Assembly: GCA_037142195.1 (NCBI GenBank)
Contig: JBAXBA010000043.1
Coordinates: 1-28,626 of the forward strand
Direction of reading: 5' to 3'
Source of the DNA: Pseudomonadota bacterium
GTDB taxonomy: Bacteria > Bdellovibrionota_B > Oligoflexia > Oligoflexales > CAIMVM01
Length of the DNA stretch: 28,626 bases
The notes under the pieces are model-generated. The model was not told the DNA's origin. It saw only the letters and a program-made list of their open reading frames with translations, and searched no databases. Shown piece after piece: positions 27,501 through 28,626 of the stretch (positions are counted from its first letter, which is position 1; each line of letters starts with the position of its first letter). The translations under genes were made by a program, and so were the position numbers.

Positions 27501-27697
27501 TTGCCGGAATGCTTCCGATTGCCATTGGACTTAATGAAGTTTCTAAACAAAGAACGCCCATGGGGGTAGCCATTATCGGCGGACTCATCACATCGACGCT
27601 TCTATCACTTCTTGTAGTCCCAGCTGTCTATGCTTACATGGAACGCTTTAGAATGTGGTCTTCAAAAGTTCTAGGCAGGATTTTTTTAGCGGATTGA
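24584..27697 (+). CDS. RND efflux permease, AcrB/AcrD/AcrF family
   Basis: Motifs SIKRPV, LPVDIFPDV, YPGAGPSEIE, GLLVDDAIVVRENI, GIATKNSILLVD and RLRPILMT; 1037 aa. Confidence 0.96.
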   Translation: MSIASLSIKRPVFLTCIVLLSVVIGVLSFFKLPVDIFPDVNFPVVSVITTYPGAGPSEIETQISKVLEEEFNSISGVKSVRSASSEGLSRVIIDFTLETDVKYAEQQVRDRLGAAKRKLPEGVNEPIVRRFSPADQPIMQLTLSADLPAGELFDVANEEIRPSLEQTPQVGLVEIVGGQKREIKVELDRAKMREFEVSASQISQKLGASGANVPIGKVTKPDSEVSLRAIGEFKSLEEIKNTVVNFIGNERPVAIRDVAKVVDTLQDETAKTYHNGKKTLILYIFRQSGSNTIQVAKAITAKITALNDRLSKQPGAPQITLVRDASQQIRLNVVDVQESILIGIVLTIVVVFLFLGSGRSTLITGLALPNSLIGAFILMSVAGFSINVMSLLALSLAVGLLVDDAIVVRENIFRHRAMGKTAVQAAIDGTKEVTLAVVATTLTVIAVFGPVGFLGGVVGQFFKQFGLTICFAMLISLFDALTMAPMMSAYFGGSHQTYTKGIMGATVGRLLRAFDAFQSHLENVYERILRFSMRAPIVILIGALVIFFASFVALKHVPKTFLPPQDIGEFQVTLELPAGVSLEKMNSVATEVDQLIRSNKEVLNTLLTVGSREGASNSATFYINLVPRKQRTFNTSQFKDHIREQLKPYAYASPTVGDFDALGGGQRPFAVYIIGPDLKRLDELSSKVFQALKTHPALTDPTYGNKPGKPEVQIQLDKAKAEKYGVSTTIAGAELRTQVDGATPVVFRENGREYDIRVRMQEDQRDLKKSFNDILIPNINGRLVQLRDVAVAKEDTAPLSINRSDRARYISITSDIAAGGPGMGAAVTDVKRMLSEGETQLPPGYRYQFVGQAESFQELIVNMVTALVLSIVFIYLVLASLYESFVVPLTIMVVLPLAVCGAFYSLALTGKSLDINSMIGCILLIGIATKNSILLVDYANQKVREEGLSLSEAMIQAGRTRLRPILMTTVALIAGMLPIAIGLNEVSKQRTPMGVAIIGGLITSTLLSLLVVPAVYAYMERFRMWSSKVLGRIFLAD

Positions 27698-27724
27698 TAA
27701 TTACTTACTTCTATTCAACTTTAC

Positions 27725-27758
27725 GGCCTCTCAAAAGAAAGTTTTGAGAGGCCTTTTT
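27725..27758 (+). terminator. Rho-independent terminator after the RND gene
   Basis: GGCCTCTCAAAA-gaaag-TTTTGAGAGGCC (12-bp stem) followed by TTTTT. Confidence 0.9.
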
Positions 27759-27987
27759 GATGAGTATAAGTGAGCTTTTAGCTGCGCCCAGTGGGCTTTT
27801 GGGGGACTCTAAGGCGGCATTAGAAAACACTCTTTGTCGGGAACCCAGAGAACTCTTACCGTGGCTCACACGTAATCAACGAGCAGGGGGAGTTTTGGGA
27901 AGAGGAATCGCTGTTAAGCCCGGTGAATTACGATAGACAGGCTCAAAGCCCGATGAGCTAGGAGCCTTAAAACAAGATCAAAGGAAA

Positions 27988-28443
27988 TCAATTCTTTTTA
28001 GCTGCTTTGGCTGGAATATAGTCGTTTTTTCCAGTTTGGTGTGTATAGAGGATGCAATCCGCTCCTACTTTACACTTGTCATTGTGGAAATGCATTCCTG
28101 GCTGATGGACATAGGACCCTGCGGTGAATTCCTTGGGGGTGGTAGAACCTTCTTCCCAATGAATCCAAGTTCCGCTGATCACAACGCTGTCATAGTCGTT
28201 GGTGTGAGCATGCATGCCGGCTTCGAATCCTGCGGGTAATTTAAGGAAGCGTCCATGGGCACCCTCTTGAGGATTACCCCAAGCTACTGCCATTTTTAAC
28301 GGGGTTCCTGGAACCTCAAACCACTTGAGCTGGTCGGCGCTAATCTCAACGTATTCGCTATTTTTGGCTTTTGCGAACGCAGCAGAACTTAGAGACATGG
28401 CACATGCATAAACGAGAAGTAGCTTTCGATTTTTTGAGAACAT
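27988..28443 (-). CDS. exported cupin-domain protein (DUF4437/ChrR-like)
   Basis: Signal peptide ending AFA, motifs WGNP..G, LPAGF...MHAHT, VVISG and GSYVHQPG...H...C. GGAGG RBS. Confidence 0.82.
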   Translation of the reverse strand: MFSKNRKLLLVYACAMSLSSAAFAKAKNSEYVEISADQLKWFEVPGTPLKMAVAWGNPQEGAHGRFLKLPAGFEAGMHAHTNDYDSVVISGTWIHWEEGSTTPKEFTAGSYVHQPGMHFHNDKCKVGADCILYTHQTGKNDYIPAKAAKKN

Positions 28444-28626
28444 GGGACCTCCAAAGTTGATTCTTTATTTGAAATTTTAGAACTATAAATTTACTAAAGA
28501 TCTTAGTTATTATCAAGTAATGAGGGGCCACATCCAGGGTAAAAGCATCTAAATATTATTGATTACAGACTGATAGGTCTGAATTAAAATTTTCTCCAAG
28601 TATATAATTTAACTTGGAGTTGATAG

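Noticed and set aside
27760..27967. 58-codon plus-strand ORF and weak AGGCTC/GAGCCT hairpin after the RND terminator
   Set aside because: The ORF starts right after a terminator without an RBS, and the hairpin lacks a convincing U-tract.

Overview
A bacterial chromosomal window. The FliA-like promoter motifs, Cys-rich secreted proteins and large GDH suggest Oligoflexia/Bdellovibrionota or a relative (inference only). In order, it holds two tandem tRNA-Gly(GCC) genes, a hypothetical protein, an ExbB/ExbD (TolQ/TolR) motor pair, a GCS2-family glutamate-cysteine ligase, a 1016-aa NAD-glutamate dehydrogenase, a secreted coiled-coil protein, an acyl-CoA dehydrogenase, a membrane protein and a TrmK-like methyltransferase. 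An accessory patch follows, with a PA14 lipoprotein, a short 4-copy repeat and a DUF1566/C-type-lectin-fold lipoprotein. After a six-gene minus-strand operon come alaS, a DUF4421-like barrel, a Nudix hydrolase, TolC plus an RND pump, and an exported cupin. The standout is the operon at 14287-18454. It pairs a DUF692 multinuclear non-haem iron oxidase (MNIO) and its DUF2063 partner with an apparent RiPP precursor. That precursor is a lipoprotein with two bufferin-like C-x3-N-x-C-x-G repeats fused to a complete class I cytochrome c domain (CAECH...MP). A YtkA/FixH-like lipoprotein, a CxxC-tipped outer-membrane barrel and an exported thioredoxin complete the operon. All family calls come from recognising motifs by eye; no database searches were run.
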